Of a stretch of 64,000 nucleotides of DNA, positions 1 through 10,636 are shown piece after piece. Below the pieces are notes generated by a model. It was not told where the DNA came from. It saw only the letters and a list, made by a program, of their open reading frames with translations, and searched no databases. A program made the translations under genes and the position numbers. The stretch comes from Microvirga sp. GTDB lineage: Bacteria > Pseudomonadota > Alphaproteobacteria > Rhizobiales > Beijerinckiaceae. Position 1 is the stretch's first letter. Every line of letters begins with the position of its first letter. Where the stretch lies: assembly GCA_031547465.1 (NCBI GenBank), contig JAVBRX010000034.1, forward strand, positions 2,323-66,322, written 5' to 3'.

Positions 1-917
1 TGTTCGAACGCGATGTCAAGGTGTTTCTGGTCGCAACCGGCACTGCCGCTAATGCGTTGTGCATCGCTGCCGCTGTGCCGCCGTGGGGAATCTGTGTGTC
101 GCATCGGGAGGCGCATATCGTCGAAGACGAATGCGGCGCGCCGGAATTCTTCACGCAAGGGGCGAAGCTCGTCGGCCTGCCGGGCGTCATGGCAAAGCTC
201 GATGCCGCCGTCGTCGATCATTATGTAAGCGGCCTGCCGAACGCCTCGAAGCAGATGCCGCCCAAGGCGGTGTCGCTCTCGCAGGCAACGGAATGCGGCA
301 CGATCTACCAGCTGGAGGAAATCGCGGCGATTTCAGCCATCTGCCGCAAGCACGGCATGTCACTGCACATGGACGGGGCGCGTTTTGCCAACGCGATGGT
401 GAGCCTTGGGTGTTCGCCCGCCGAAATGACCTGGAAACAGGGAGTCGATATTCTCTCGTTCGGCGCGACCAAGAACGGTTGCCTGTCGGCGGAAGCCATT
501 GTCGTATTTGACGGGAAACTTGCCGAAACGCTCGATTACCGTCGCAAACGCGCCGGGCAGATCCTTTCTAAGGGCCGCCTGCTTTCGGCGCAGTTCGAGG
601 GCTATTTCGCCGACGATCACTGGCTCGCCAATGCCCGCCACGCCAACGCCGCTGCCCGCAAACTCGCCGACGGGCTGAAGAAGCTCGAAAGCGTCCGCAT
701 CGCCTGGCCGGTCGAAGCCAATGAGGTGTTCCCGATCCTGCCGCTTGCCATGGAAAGCCGCCTCAAGGCCGCTGGAGCGCAGTTTCATCGCTGGGCCAAA
801 ACCTCGCTTGCGCCGCAGGAGAAAATGACCGGCGATGAAACTCTGGTGCGCCTCGTCACCTCGTTCGCCACGCAAGGTACGGATATTGACCAGTTTTTAC
901 AAGCTGCGGCGGGGTAA
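1..917 (+). CDS. ltaE: Low-specificity L-threonine aldolase (5' end lies outside the window)
   Basis: Open frame from the window edge. Motifs FLVATGTAANAL, HIVEDECGAPE, LHMDGARFANA and SFGATKNG (PLP lysine). Confidence 0.88.
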   Translation, partial: FERDVKVFLVATGTAANALCIAAAVPPWGICVSHREAHIVEDECGAPEFFTQGAKLVGLPGVMAKLDAAVVDHYVSGLPNASKQMPPKAVSLSQATECGTIYQLEEIAAISAICRKHGMSLHMDGARFANAMVSLGCSPAEMTWKQGVDILSFGATKNGCLSAEAIVVFDGKLAETLDYRRKRAGQILSKGRLLSAQFEGYFADDHWLANARHANAAARKLADGLKKLESVRIAWPVEANEVFPILPLAMESRLKAAGAQFHRWAKTSLAPQEKMTGDETLVRLVTSFATQGTDIDQFLQAAAG

Positions 918-975
918 ACCGGTACAGTACGGATAGAGGCGGAACGGAGAACGGATTTTCATTCCGCCGGATAGT

Positions 976-1977
976 TTATCCCCGAACGGTAAGCGTCGCC
1001 GTTCCGGCCCCACCGTAAAGACGCGCTTCACCCTCGCCCAGCGTCGCCAGCACCTGGGCAATGCGGCCTTTGTCCATCAGGCAGAAGGCGGTCGTGAGGG
1101 CGTCCGCCGCCGTGGCTGTCGGCATGATTGCCGTGACGCTGCGGTAAAGCGCGGCGGATGTTCCTGTCAACGGATTGAAGATGTGCGAGAACTTTCCGGC
1201 GGCGTCGAATTTGAAGCCATAACCGCCGGAGGTGGCGATAGCCTTGTCTTCGAGGCCGAGCGTATCGAGAACACCTTCGCCCGCCGGGTTCCTGATGCCG
1301 ACCGTCCAGGGGCGGCCCTCCGGATGGCTGCCGATAGCGCGGATTTCGCCCATGTCGACCAAGCTCTTCTCGATGCCGTTTTCCTTCAGCAGGGCAACGA
1401 CCCGGTCGGTGATATAACCTTGGGCAATGCCATTCAGGGTAAGGGACATGCCCGGCTTGCCGAGGACGATACGGTTGTCATCGGCGATAACCGCCCTGTA
1501 GCCGACCTTGGCCAGAGCCGCCTCGACATGAGCGCTGTCCGGGCCATTGGGGTTAGCCCCAACTTGTGCGAAATGCGTCGTGAACAGGTTCCAGAGCGGC
1601 TGTACCGTCGGGTCGAATGCGCCACCGGTCAGATCGGCATAATGCAGCGATTGCCGGATGAGATCGGCAAATTCCACTGGGGGGGCGATGAGCAGCCCAT
1701 CGCGGTTGAGATTGGCGAGGAGCGAATCCTGCCGGTAGAGGCTGAAATAGCTTTCCAAACGGCGTAATTCTGCCACCGCCTGACGAATCAGGCGTTCGGC
1801 TACGGCCTTGTCGGTATGGTGGATCTGCAGTTCCGCCGGGCTGCCGAGCGCTTGGCCGCGCCAGACCGTCAGGGTGGCGGAGGCCTCGGCGCGAGCCGCG
1901 CCGAACGGCAGAAGGCTCAGACCGGCGCTGGCAGCGGCGATGCCGAGAAACCGGCGACGGGAAAAAGGTTCGGCCAT
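976..1977 (-). CDS. nosX: NosX, ApbE-family FAD:protein FMN transferase with Tat signal
   Basis: SRRRFL Tat motif; ApbE motifs GAFDPTVQP, LNGIAQGY and ATSGGYG; last gene of the nos cluster. Confidence 0.92.
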   Translation of the reverse strand: MAEPFSRRRFLGIAAASAGLSLLPFGAARAEASATLTVWRGQALGSPAELQIHHTDKAVAERLIRQAVAELRRLESYFSLYRQDSLLANLNRDGLLIAPPVEFADLIRQSLHYADLTGGAFDPTVQPLWNLFTTHFAQVGANPNGPDSAHVEAALAKVGYRAVIADDNRIVLGKPGMSLTLNGIAQGYITDRVVALLKENGIEKSLVDMGEIRAIGSHPEGRPWTVGIRNPAGEGVLDTLGLEDKAIATSGGYGFKFDAAGKFSHIFNPLTGTSAALYRSVTAIMPTATAADALTTAFCLMDKGRIAQVLATLGEGEARLYGGAGTATLTVRG

Positions 1978-2078
1978 GAGTCGTTTCCTACCTGTGTCGT
2001 ATCGTATCCGTCATATCCCTCCGTCCTGCCCACACGGCAGAACCGGAACGGGAGAATCCGCAAGCGTGGCGGAGAAGA

Positions 2079-2675
2079 TCAGTTTGGCGGTGTGGCGCGA
2101 GAATCTGGCATATTTGCGGTCCCCGGCGGTGCGACCTTTGAACCATTGCCGAGGACATAATCCTTCGGCACGGCATCGAAGGCAACGATGCGCCCGCCAT
2201 GTTCGGCAACGAACGCTTCCGCCGCCTTGATGTCGGAAAACGGCACCGCTTCGTCAAGTCCCATGCCGTTGCGCCTGTTGCTGCCGATCACGAAATGCGC
2301 CTTTCGGGCATCCGTCCAGTTCTTCGCCCCCGGATTCTTCCAGTTCTCCGCCTTACCCATATCGGAAACATAAATGGCGAGGATATCTTTCGGTTCCTCC
2401 GGCAACATGGTGAAGGCAATCGTGTCACGAGCAGAAGAGAACCAGATCGGCTGTGGATTGCTCTCCAGCAGGATCTGCCCCTTCGGGCCGTCATGCTCCA
2501 GCACGTTCATGCCACAGAATGCACCGACGGCATCAATCGTCAGTTCATGCGGCGCGGGCATCACGGTTTTCTTGTCTTCCGAACAACCGGCGACGAGAAT
2601 CAGTGCCGCCAGCCCGAAGCCGAACCGGTACGCCCATCCCCAGCCATTCTTTCTTTGCGGTAGAGAAGCGATCAT
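2079..2675 (-). CDS. nosL: NosL copper-chaperone lipoprotein
   Basis: Lipobox LVAGC, FCGM...HDGPKGQI and MG..EAVPF motifs. The ATG at 2675 overlaps the nosY stop. Confidence 0.92.
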   Translation of the reverse strand: MIASLPQRKNGWGWAYRFGFGLAALILVAGCSEDKKTVMPAPHELTIDAVGAFCGMNVLEHDGPKGQILLESNPQPIWFSSARDTIAFTMLPEEPKDILAIYVSDMGKAENWKNPGAKNWTDARKAHFVIGSNRRNGMGLDEAVPFSDIKAAEAFVAEHGGRIVAFDAVPKDYVLGNGSKVAPPGTANMPDSRATPPN

Positions 2676-3502
2676 AGCTCTCTCCTTGAGAACACGGTGG
2701 CTGCAAGCGTCAGCGGAACCAGAATCCATACGCCGAGCACCGTCAGCAGCACTTCTGGACGTAGCCCGCTATTGGCGTAAAGCCCCATATTGCCAGACAG
2801 ATTTCTGACCTTGCCAAACGCCGTGGTATTAAAGATGCGATAGACGTCGCTCGGATTCGACAGGAACAGAGCGTCGAGCATCCCGGGGGAGATCAGCCTG
2901 CCTTGCGTTGCCACAAGAATACCGAGCAACGCCATATCGAAGATGAAAACGAAGAACATCCAGATGCCGATGGCGATACCCGCCGCCGTACCGCGGTCGC
3001 GGGAAACGGCACTGGCAAGATAACCGAGCGAGATGAAAACCGCGCCGAGCAGGATCGAGGTGGCGATCATCGCCATGAATGCCGCCCACCCGGCGGAATC
3101 GACCGCCGTGCCGGAAACGACGAGGGCAACGCCCGCCGCGCCGAACCCGATGCAGGTGGCAAAGGTGAGAATTGCCACATGGCCGAGAAACTTGCCGATG
3201 ATCACCTGCCAACGACTGACCGGATAGCTCAGCAACAGCAGCATGGTGCCGCGCTCCATTTCGCCGACGATAGCGTCGTGCGAGATCAGGAGTGCAATCA
3301 GCGGCAGAAGCACGATAGTCAGCGTCGACAGGGAAACGACGACGGCGGACAAGGGCTGGATACTGGCCGAACCTGTCGGAGCGCTGCCGAGAAAGGTGAT
3401 GCTCAGCGCCAACGCCATCAGCAGGATGGTGGTGGCGAGCACCCAGCGGTTGCGCATCCCCTCCTGGATTTCCTTGGCTGCGACGGTGAGGATGCCGGTC
3501 AT
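2672..3502 (-). CDS. nosY: NosY ABC transporter permease
   Basis: Multi-TM protein with KEIQEGMRNRW and GEMERGTMLLLLSYP; position in the nos operon. Confidence 0.93.
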   Translation of the reverse strand: MTGILTVAAKEIQEGMRNRWVLATTILLMALALSITFLGSAPTGSASIQPLSAVVVSLSTLTIVLLPLIALLISHDAIVGEMERGTMLLLLSYPVSRWQVIIGKFLGHVAILTFATCIGFGAAGVALVVSGTAVDSAGWAAFMAMIATSILLGAVFISLGYLASAVSRDRGTAAGIAIGIWMFFVFIFDMALLGILVATQGRLISPGMLDALFLSNPSDVYRIFNTTAFGKVRNLSGNMGLYANSGLRPEVLLTVLGVWILVPLTLAATVFSRREL

Positions 3503-4419
3503 GTCGCGTCTTTCTGTGTCAGAAGGAAATGCGCATAAAGCTCATCGAGGGTGGGAGGCACGATGTCGATGTCCGTCGCCCCCGTCTCCGGTTTCGTCAA
3601 TGTGCGAAGAACGTCCATTTTTCTGTCCGACACAACCTTGATGGAAAGATGGCCGCTCGGCAGAGCGGTGCTGTCGCCGAACGGGCGCAGAGCGTCGATG
3701 ACCGTTTGTCGTGCCCCGTCCCTGGCGGCGATGCGCATCAGGGTCGGCAACCGGGCGATGCGCCGCAGTTCGTCGAGGTCGCCGTCGGCGACCATCAGTC
3801 CACGATTCATGATGATGACGCGGCTCGCCCGCTCCTCAAGTTCGGTGAGGGCATGCGAAGACAGGAGAATCGACGCGCCCTCACCCCGCAGTCGTTCGAG
3901 AATTTCATAGAAATGCTGCCGCAGGGCCGGATCGAGGCCGGTGGTCGGCTCGTCGAGCAGCAGCACCTTCGGTTCACCGATCAGCGCCTGCGCTAATCCG
4001 AGGCGCTGACGCATCCCCTTGGAATAGGTGCCGACCCGGCGTCCGGCCGCCACCGAAAGGCCGACGAGATCAAGCACCGGATTGACGCGCGAGCGGTCTA
4101 CATGCTTCAGCCTGGCGTAAAATCTGAGGATTTCCGCCCCTGTCAGGGACGAATTGAAGGAAACGCTTTCCGGCAGATAACCGAGGTTGCGGCGCGCCGC
4201 GAACTGCCCCGCCGCCGGATCCTCGCCCAACACTTCAAGTGTGCCGGAGGTCGGACGGATCAGGCCGAGCATCATCTTCATCAGGGTCGTCTTACCCGCG
4301 CCGTTATGACCGACGAGGGCGACGATTTCCCCCGGATGCAGGGCGAACGACACGTTACGCACCGCTTCGACAGTGCCGTTGTAGATCTTGCCGATGCTGT
4401 CGAGGGTAACGGCGCTCAC
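3499..4419 (-). CDS. nosF: NosF ABC transporter ATPase
   Basis: Walker A GHNGAGKTT, signature YSKGMRQR, Walker B LLLDEPT; lies between nosD and nosY. Confidence 0.93.
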   Translation of the reverse strand: MSAVTLDSIGKIYNGTVEAVRNVSFALHPGEIVALVGHNGAGKTTLMKMMLGLIRPTSGTLEVLGEDPAAGQFAARRNLGYLPESVSFNSSLTGAEILRFYARLKHVDRSRVNPVLDLVGLSVAAGRRVGTYSKGMRQRLGLAQALIGEPKVLLLDEPTTGLDPALRQHFYEILERLRGEGASILLSSHALTELEERASRVIIMNRGLMVADGDLDELRRIARLPTLMRIAARDGARQTVIDALRPFGDSTALPSGHLSIKVVSDRKMDVLRTLTKPETGATDIDIVPPTLDELYAHFLLTQKDAT

Positions 4420-5813
4420 GGTTTTTTCCCTTCAAGCTGCCTTGGAACCGTATAAGCCGGTTTGGGCGGCGGGTTCATCAACGGTTTCGAATCGGTTACA
4501 CCGCCGGGATAGAGGGCGGGTAACTGCGATTGCGCCCAGCGGATCAACTGCACCGACGGGCTGGTGACAAGCACCTTGGCCTGCGGTGTCGTCCACAGCA
4601 CCCTGTCGATGACATCGTTGGGGCGGTAGGTGGTATCGGCCAGACCGTCGCCGTTGAGATCGAAGGCGGAATTGTCGCTCCAGTAATTGCCGCGCCCGTT
4701 GCTCGACCACTCGACCTCGCGGGTGCTGACGTATTTCACCTGGTTACGGCTGTTGACGAAAGCATTGCCGGTCATTTCGTTGCCTTCCGACCCGGCAGTG
4801 AAATGCACGCCGATCTCGCAGCCTTCGAACCAGTTGTCATGAAACCTGTTGAAATTGGCGTTGTAAATGAACACACACTTTTCCGGGCCGATGCGATGCG
4901 TACCGGGATTGACCGGCATCGCCGTCGTTTCGCCCGCCGGGCCATGCTCGTTTTCGCCGCCCAGAAGCCAGCGTTCCGCCGGTTGCAGACGCCCCAGCAC
5001 GAGGTTCCCGGAAATATCGGCGCTGTTGGCGTAGTTCAACTGAAATCCCTGATCCCGATCACCATCCGACACGTTGCCGCGGATGACGAGGGTCGTCGAA
5101 AACATGATGGCGAAGCCGATGGCGTTATCGATGGAGATGTTGTCGCTGACCTCGGTCTCATCCGCATACATGTAATGAATGCCGAACCGCAGGTTCTTCA
5201 TGACGTTGCCGCTGAAGACATTGCGCTTGCTGGTCTGGACGAAGATACCGTCGCGCCCGGATTCGATCCGGTTGCCGATCACCTTCGCGCCGGGGGAATT
5301 CCACACCGAAATACCGTTTCCGGCATCGGCACGGCGGGCTTCCTTCCGCCCGATGATGATATTGCCTTCGGCAAGCGAATCGGCTGCTCCGTGCAGGTAA
5401 ATGCCGTAAAGATTATCTTCGAGCCGGTTATTCTCGACCCGCACGCCGGTCGCACCGTCGGCAACGTAAATTCCGGAATCGAGGGCGGGAATATCCCGGC
5501 CCGACCCTTTGACCGTAAGATCGCGGATAATGGCGCCCGGGGCTTCCACAGTAACGACGCTGCCCGAACCCGGCCCCTGGATCACAGCCCCCGGTTCGCC
5601 CACAAGAACGATAGCCGCCTTGACCGTCACCGGGCCACGATGTTCGCCCGGCGCGAGACGCACCGTATCGCCCGGCGCAGATTGATCCAGCACCGCCTGA
5701 AGATCGCTTCCCGGCGTGACACGATGCTCCGCGGCAACCGACTTCCCCGGCAAAAGAATGCCGGCGGCGAAAACCGCCGCCAGCATCGTTGTTATGGCTT
5801 GCGCCTGACGCAT
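4416..5813 (-). CDS. nosD: NosD periplasmic beta-helix maturation protein
   Basis: Signal peptide, GIHYMY, GPEKCVFIYNA and GNYWSD motifs. Start placed at the ATG after the nosZ stop. Confidence 0.93.
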   Translation of the reverse strand: MRQAQAITTMLAAVFAAGILLPGKSVAAEHRVTPGSDLQAVLDQSAPGDTVRLAPGEHRGPVTVKAAIVLVGEPGAVIQGPGSGSVVTVEAPGAIIRDLTVKGSGRDIPALDSGIYVADGATGVRVENNRLEDNLYGIYLHGAADSLAEGNIIIGRKEARRADAGNGISVWNSPGAKVIGNRIESGRDGIFVQTSKRNVFSGNVMKNLRFGIHYMYADETEVSDNISIDNAIGFAIMFSTTLVIRGNVSDGDRDQGFQLNYANSADISGNLVLGRLQPAERWLLGGENEHGPAGETTAMPVNPGTHRIGPEKCVFIYNANFNRFHDNWFEGCEIGVHFTAGSEGNEMTGNAFVNSRNQVKYVSTREVEWSSNGRGNYWSDNSAFDLNGDGLADTTYRPNDVIDRVLWTTPQAKVLVTSPSVQLIRWAQSQLPALYPGGVTDSKPLMNPPPKPAYTVPRQLEGKKP

Positions 5814-5844
5814 TACACTAGCCTTGGCCAATCTATCCCGGCAC

Positions 5845-7764
5845 TTAGGCCTTAGCCGGCTCCACAAACATCCGGCCCTTCATTTCCATGTGCATGGCAT
5901 GGCAGAACCACTGGCAGTAATACCAGTAGACACCAGCCTGATCGGCTTTGAAGGTAACGGAGGCAGTAGCCTGCGGGCCAACTTCCATGGCAACACCGTA
6001 ATTGACGATAGTGAAGCCGTGAGTCAGGTCTTCGATAGCATCGGCGTTGGTGACGATCACGGTGACTTCATCGCCCTGCTTGACGGTGAAATCGGTCAGC
6101 CCGAAGGCCGGAGCCACCGTCTTCAGGTAAACGCGCACCTTGTTGCCGTCGCGGATGACCTTCGATTCCTCGAGAAGATTGACACCATCCTTCTTCGCCT
6201 GCGCCACTGCATCGGCAAAAATCGGGTCGTCGCGCTTCCAGACGTGGATCGGGTTGACCTTCGAGCGGTGAACGATGCAGGCATCGTGCGGTTCGGCGAA
6301 GGTTGGGCCGTCATGGACGACCTTCATCACGTCGCCAGAGATGTCGATCAACTGGTCGTTCTCGGGCTTCAGCGGGCCGACATTGAGGAAGCGGTCCTTC
6401 GAGAACTTGTTCAGCGACAGGAGCCACTTGCCATCAGCTTCCTTGGTCTGACCCATGGAAGTGTGGTTGTGGCCGGGCTGATACTGCACGTCGAGCTTCT
6501 GGCGGATCGGATTGACCTTCTCGCCTTTGTAGGCGCGGATGGCGTCCTCAATGCTCCACTTCACCATTTGGCTGTCAAGGAACAGGGTGGTGTAGGCAAA
6601 GCCCTTGCCATCATAAGCGGTGTGCAACGGGCCGAGGCCGAGTTCCGGCTCGGCGACGATGACGTCGCGCGGCTTGATCTTGTCGTCGAACAGGTCATCG
6701 AACTTGCGCACATCCATAAGCGACACGGTCGGCGACAACTTGCCGTTGACCGCGACGTGAATGCCGTCCGGCGCGGTATTGATGCCGTGCGGGTTGTTGG
6801 CGATCGGCACATAGCGGGTATAGGGCGAGCCATGGCGACCGTTCAATACCGGAACGCCGTTGATCTCCTTGAAATCGCCCTTCTTCACACCCTCTTCGAT
6901 GCGCTTCAGGTTGAAGATGACAGCCCAGTCCATTTCTTTCGCCATCATCTCCTCGAGGACGACGCCCTCTTCCGAGTTGTAGCAGGTGGCGAAGGCATAC
7001 TTGCCCTGATAATCGGCATCAACGTTGTCGAGGTTGCCGTCGACTTCGATCTGCCAGGCGATCTTCATCGTGTCGCCGTCAATGCCGGTGAAGATCGAGG
7101 CGTACTTCTTCGGCTCGTTGAGGATCTTGCCGTCGTTGATCATCGGCGCGTTATCTTCGCCGTTGGCGAAGACATAGCCGGTGCGCGGGAACTTCTGCAG
7201 GCGCAGGCCGTGGATCGCGTGCGCATTCGGGATCTGGATGATCTTGTCGCACTTCATCACATCGGCGCGAATGCGGGCAACACGGGTGTTGGCCTTGTCG
7301 TTGACGAAGATGTAACGGCCATCGAACGTGCCGTTGGTGAACGACATATGCGGATGGTGCAGGTCGCCGTTGAGGTAGGTCGCGCCCTTGTCTTTCAGGA
7401 ATTCCTTGGTCTGCGGCAGCAGGTTCTCGGTGAGAACCTTCACGCTCTCATTGGTCTGGCCCCAACCGGTGGCGGAGCAGCGGTTGAACACAGGAACGCG
7501 CATCAGCTCGCGCATCGACGGCATGCCGAGGATACGCAGTTCGCCACACTGACCAGAAGAAGAGAATACATAATATTCGTCGAGTTCGCCGGGCTTCACT
7601 TCATAGGACTGGCCCTTGGCCGCCTGCGCGTTCGCCTGGGTCACACCACCGCCGAAGCTCATCAGACCGGCGCTTCCTGCTGCCCCGGCGGCCGTAGCGA
7701 TGGCCGTCGTGCCGAGGATAGCACGCCTTGATAGAGTTCTTTTATTGTCGTCGCGAGTCGTCAT
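5845..7764 (-). CDS. nosZ: Nitrous-oxide reductase, clade I (Tat-exported)
   Basis: LSRRAILG Tat motif; CuZ histidines (DLHHPH, NPHG, GPLHT, QPGH, EPHD); CuA motif [13 protein letters not shown]. Confidence 0.98.
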   Translation of the reverse strand: MTTRDDNKRTLSRRAILGTTAIATAAGAAGSAGLMSFGGGVTQANAQAAKGQSYEVKPGELDEYYVFSSSGQCGELRILGMPSMRELMRVPVFNRCSATGWGQTNESVKVLTENLLPQTKEFLKDKGATYLNGDLHHPHMSFTNGTFDGRYIFVNDKANTRVARIRADVMKCDKIIQIPNAHAIHGLRLQKFPRTGYVFANGEDNAPMINDGKILNEPKKYASIFTGIDGDTMKIAWQIEVDGNLDNVDADYQGKYAFATCYNSEEGVVLEEMMAKEMDWAVIFNLKRIEEGVKKGDFKEINGVPVLNGRHGSPYTRYVPIANNPHGINTAPDGIHVAVNGKLSPTVSLMDVRKFDDLFDDKIKPRDVIVAEPELGLGPLHTAYDGKGFAYTTLFLDSQMVKWSIEDAIRAYKGEKVNPIRQKLDVQYQPGHNHTSMGQTKEADGKWLLSLNKFSKDRFLNVGPLKPENDQLIDISGDVMKVVHDGPTFAEPHDACIVHRSKVNPIHVWKRDDPIFADAVAQAKKDGVNLLEESKVIRDGNKVRVYLKTVAPAFGLTDFTVKQGDEVTVIVTNADAIEDLTHGFTIVNYGVAMEVGPQATASVTFKADQAGVYWYYCQWFCHAMHMEMKGRMFVEPAKA

Positions 7765-7896
7765 GAGAGCCTCCTATGCTCCTATGAGTAATGTGCACGG
7801 GCCATTTAACCTTTTCAAAACGGCCCTGACGTCGCCAGAAGCCAAATGCCGTTCCGTTTTTCCGCTTGTCGGCGGGGTGGCCACCGGCAGACGGTC

Positions 7897-10224
7897 TTAC
7901 GCATCGACGGTCGGCGCATTCCCGACCGGCGTCGAAACAGACCCTTTCCGGGCCTGCAGGGACGGGGACGCCATCGCCTGCATCTTATCACGCCTCACCT
8001 TGGCCTGAATCATGTGCGGGCAGCGTTTTTCGTCCCAATACAATTCCTGACAATTCATGCAGTAAATGCACTCGTTGACGTTGATATTCCCCTCGGGGTG
8101 GATCGCCTGAACCGGGCATTCGTTAGCGCACAGGTGGCAGGGCGACCCGCACTCCTTCCAGCGCCGCAGCCAGTCGAACATGCGCAGGCGTCCTGGAATC
8201 GCCAACGCTGCACCGAGCGGGCAGATATACCGGCAGAAGAAACGTTCGATGAATAGACCGATGGACAGGAGCGTCAGGGCATAGATCACGAACGGCCATT
8301 CACGGGCGAAACGCAGTAGAAAGAAGGTTCGGAACGGTTCGATCTCGGCATATTTCTCTGCTTCGGCAAGCGAATACATCGACAGGCCGAACAGGCTGAG
8401 GAAGACGATATACTTGATCGGCCACAGGCGCTCGTGCAGACTCCACGGCACCTTGATCTGCGGGATTTTCAGGGCCTTAGCGGCGATAGAAACGAATTCC
8501 TGCACCGCTCCGACAGGGCAGAGCCAGCCGCAGAACGGACCGCGTCCCCAGAACAACAGCGCCGCCGCCACCGCCAGCCACAGGATGAATATCTGGGGTT
8601 CGACCAGGAAGTAATCCCAACTGAACCCATGCATCAGGCTGTTGAAGTAAGCGAGCACATTGACGATGGAGAGCTGCGCCCGCAGGATCCAGCCGATCCA
8701 GACGATGGTGAACAGCAGGAAACCCCGGCGAACGATCCTGAATACGAGCGGATAGGCGACGAGTTGGTTCTGGAAGAAGAAAATACCGGTGAGAACAAGC
8801 AATCCGACAATGGTGACGGCAACGTTGCCGACATTGTTGCGCCAAACCTGTTTCCATAACGGTTCGCCTAAACCATCGCCGTCCGCAGCCGCGAGCTGAT
8901 TCGTCGCCTGGGACATCGCCGGTTGGGAAGCCGTCGACTGGGACGGAGCAACGCCTGGAGCCGGGGCGGCGGTTGCTACAGGTGCGACCTGTTCGGTTTG
9001 GACGAAAGCCTCCGGCAGAGCATAAGTCAGGCCGAACGAGATGAACGCCTTGTCGCGCATACCGATGGGCCGCTGGACGAGCAACTGCAGATCCCACGGT
9101 TCGGCAGCAGAAAAATCGCTGCCTTCGGGAATCGTAAACAGGGCGATTTCCGGGAAATCTGGCGCGCCTTCAGCGGCGATCTCCGGAATACGGGTATGAT
9201 TGTAATCGTGGAAACGGGTGGTTTCTCCATCCTGCAGCACCTCGACCCGATCGAAGATGCCGCCACGGACATAGCCCGAGCCTTTAAAGGAATACGCGCC
9301 CTTGCCGGCCACAAGAATGGCCTGCTGGCCGGGCTTCAACCTGCCGAGCATGTGCTGGTAAGCCGCTTCGCCGAGCAGACTGCGACCGATGGTCGGGATG
9401 GAGACCTGAGCGGCGTAGAGATCGATGAACGCCGTTTCCGGGTCCGGATCTTCCGCATGTTCAGCGGCGACCGGCTGTCCTGCCTCTTTGAACGCCTTGC
9501 TAACCTCGCCGACCGACAGATGCAGATGCCGGACGGAGCCATCACCGAGCAGGGCCTGCCAACTCTCGATGACGCCTTCGCCACCGACGAGGGACCGTTT
9601 GACCTGTGGCGCGGCAGCCACTACCGCCGTTCCGCCGAAACGCCCGCTGCGCAGCAGCATGATCGACGCTCGCGACACGCTGTCGCCGATCACCAGCATC
9701 GTCACCGTCGCGCCGGACACCATATCCGTCTGCGGCGGCTTATCCGTTCCCTTCGCCACCAGCGACATGTCCTTGCCGATCAGGGCATTCATCGCTGCCA
9801 CGACATCCTTCTCCGGGATGCCGATCAGAACGATCGGTTCGGAATGGCCGACGAGTCTGACGGATTTGACGATCCCCTGCGGTGTCAGGCCGACCACCGT
9901 GCTGATCGGCTTGCCGGAATAGCCGATGGAGCGGGTGAAATCGGTCGTCACGAAAGCGTAACCGAGTTTCTCCTTGCCCGCGAAAACCGGCACGATGGGC
10001 GGAGACCCTTCCGGTGCACCGAATGCATCGGCATTTGGAAAGAGATCGGCAGGGCGCAGATGGGCGAGATAGCTTTGCAGCGAATTGCCGCCCGGCGTTT
10101 CGGCCCGGGCCGGATACGGTGCGGCAAATACCAGAGCAAGCGACAGGGTCAGAAAGACACGGGTCAGAAAATCATTTACATGGAATCCGTTCAGGCCACG
10201 CAACAGATGGCGCAGAATCATCAT
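7897..10224 (-). CDS. nosR: NosR membrane FMN/Fe-S protein
   Basis: GYSGKPI, SGATVT (flavinylation site), CGWLCP, CRYICP and a C-terminal ferredoxin-type Cys cluster. Confidence 0.96.
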   Translation of the reverse strand: MMILRHLLRGLNGFHVNDFLTRVFLTLSLALVFAAPYPARAETPGGNSLQSYLAHLRPADLFPNADAFGAPEGSPPIVPVFAGKEKLGYAFVTTDFTRSIGYSGKPISTVVGLTPQGIVKSVRLVGHSEPIVLIGIPEKDVVAAMNALIGKDMSLVAKGTDKPPQTDMVSGATVTMLVIGDSVSRASIMLLRSGRFGGTAVVAAAPQVKRSLVGGEGVIESWQALLGDGSVRHLHLSVGEVSKAFKEAGQPVAAEHAEDPDPETAFIDLYAAQVSIPTIGRSLLGEAAYQHMLGRLKPGQQAILVAGKGAYSFKGSGYVRGGIFDRVEVLQDGETTRFHDYNHTRIPEIAAEGAPDFPEIALFTIPEGSDFSAAEPWDLQLLVQRPIGMRDKAFISFGLTYALPEAFVQTEQVAPVATAAPAPGVAPSQSTASQPAMSQATNQLAAADGDGLGEPLWKQVWRNNVGNVAVTIVGLLVLTGIFFFQNQLVAYPLVFRIVRRGFLLFTIVWIGWILRAQLSIVNVLAYFNSLMHGFSWDYFLVEPQIFILWLAVAAALLFWGRGPFCGWLCPVGAVQEFVSIAAKALKIPQIKVPWSLHERLWPIKYIVFLSLFGLSMYSLAEAEKYAEIEPFRTFFLLRFAREWPFVIYALTLLSIGLFIERFFCRYICPLGAALAIPGRLRMFDWLRRWKECGSPCHLCANECPVQAIHPEGNINVNECIYCMNCQELYWDEKRCPHMIQAKVRRDKMQAMASPSLQARKGSVSTPVGNAPTVDA

Positions 10225-10258
10225 TTTATTTCTAGTTCCCTTAAATCACCGCAGCCTG

Positions 10259-10423
10259 TCACTCGGCGGCCTGCCGCAGATTGCCTACTATCCTTGTTGA
10301 AGACTCAAACACCGATCCCTGTGGAAGGGATTGCAATCGTTCACTGTTTCGACGTTGCTGAATCGCAAACACGACGCCGATCATCAGAAAAACCGACCGG
10401 AGGGCGGATTGTGCGGCCCGCAT
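10259..10423 (-). CDS. Putative 54-aa small protein upstream of nosR
   Basis: AGGAGA RBS 5 nt before the ATG; short hydrophobic stretch; ends QAAE, 34 bp before nosR. Confidence 0.5.
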   Translation of the reverse strand: MRAAQSALRSVFLMIGVVFAIQQRRNSERLQSLPQGSVFESSTRIVGNLRQAAE

Positions 10424-10636
10424 GGCGATCTCCTGTCGCAACGAAAAACGATTGAAGGAACCTTATGAGAGCGATGCCGTTTCAGGTCAAGTTTGGTTAA
10501 TGGCTGGTTTCCAGAGGAAGCATTATCGCCATCGACCCGGAATCGCTTGCGCAGAGCCGTTTGGCGACCCATAATCTACTCCAGCCCAGCGGGTCTTTAG
10601 CCCCCGCGTCAATCCGTCTCCGGAAAGCATCATCCC

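Noticed and set aside
5824-7731. 635-aa ORF antisense to nosZ, and similar long shadow ORFs (4530-5855, 8923-10455, 18732-20546, 22987-24624, 25713-26804, 42901-44085, 47161-48498, 51899-53374)
   Set aside because: They mirror well-supported genes on the opposite strand, have no recognisable motifs, and are expected from codon bias in GC-rich DNA.
10298-10309. TTGAagacTCAA as an FNR box for nosR
   Set aside because: The spacing is two bases too short for TTGAT-N4-ATCAA, and it lies inside the putative small ORF.
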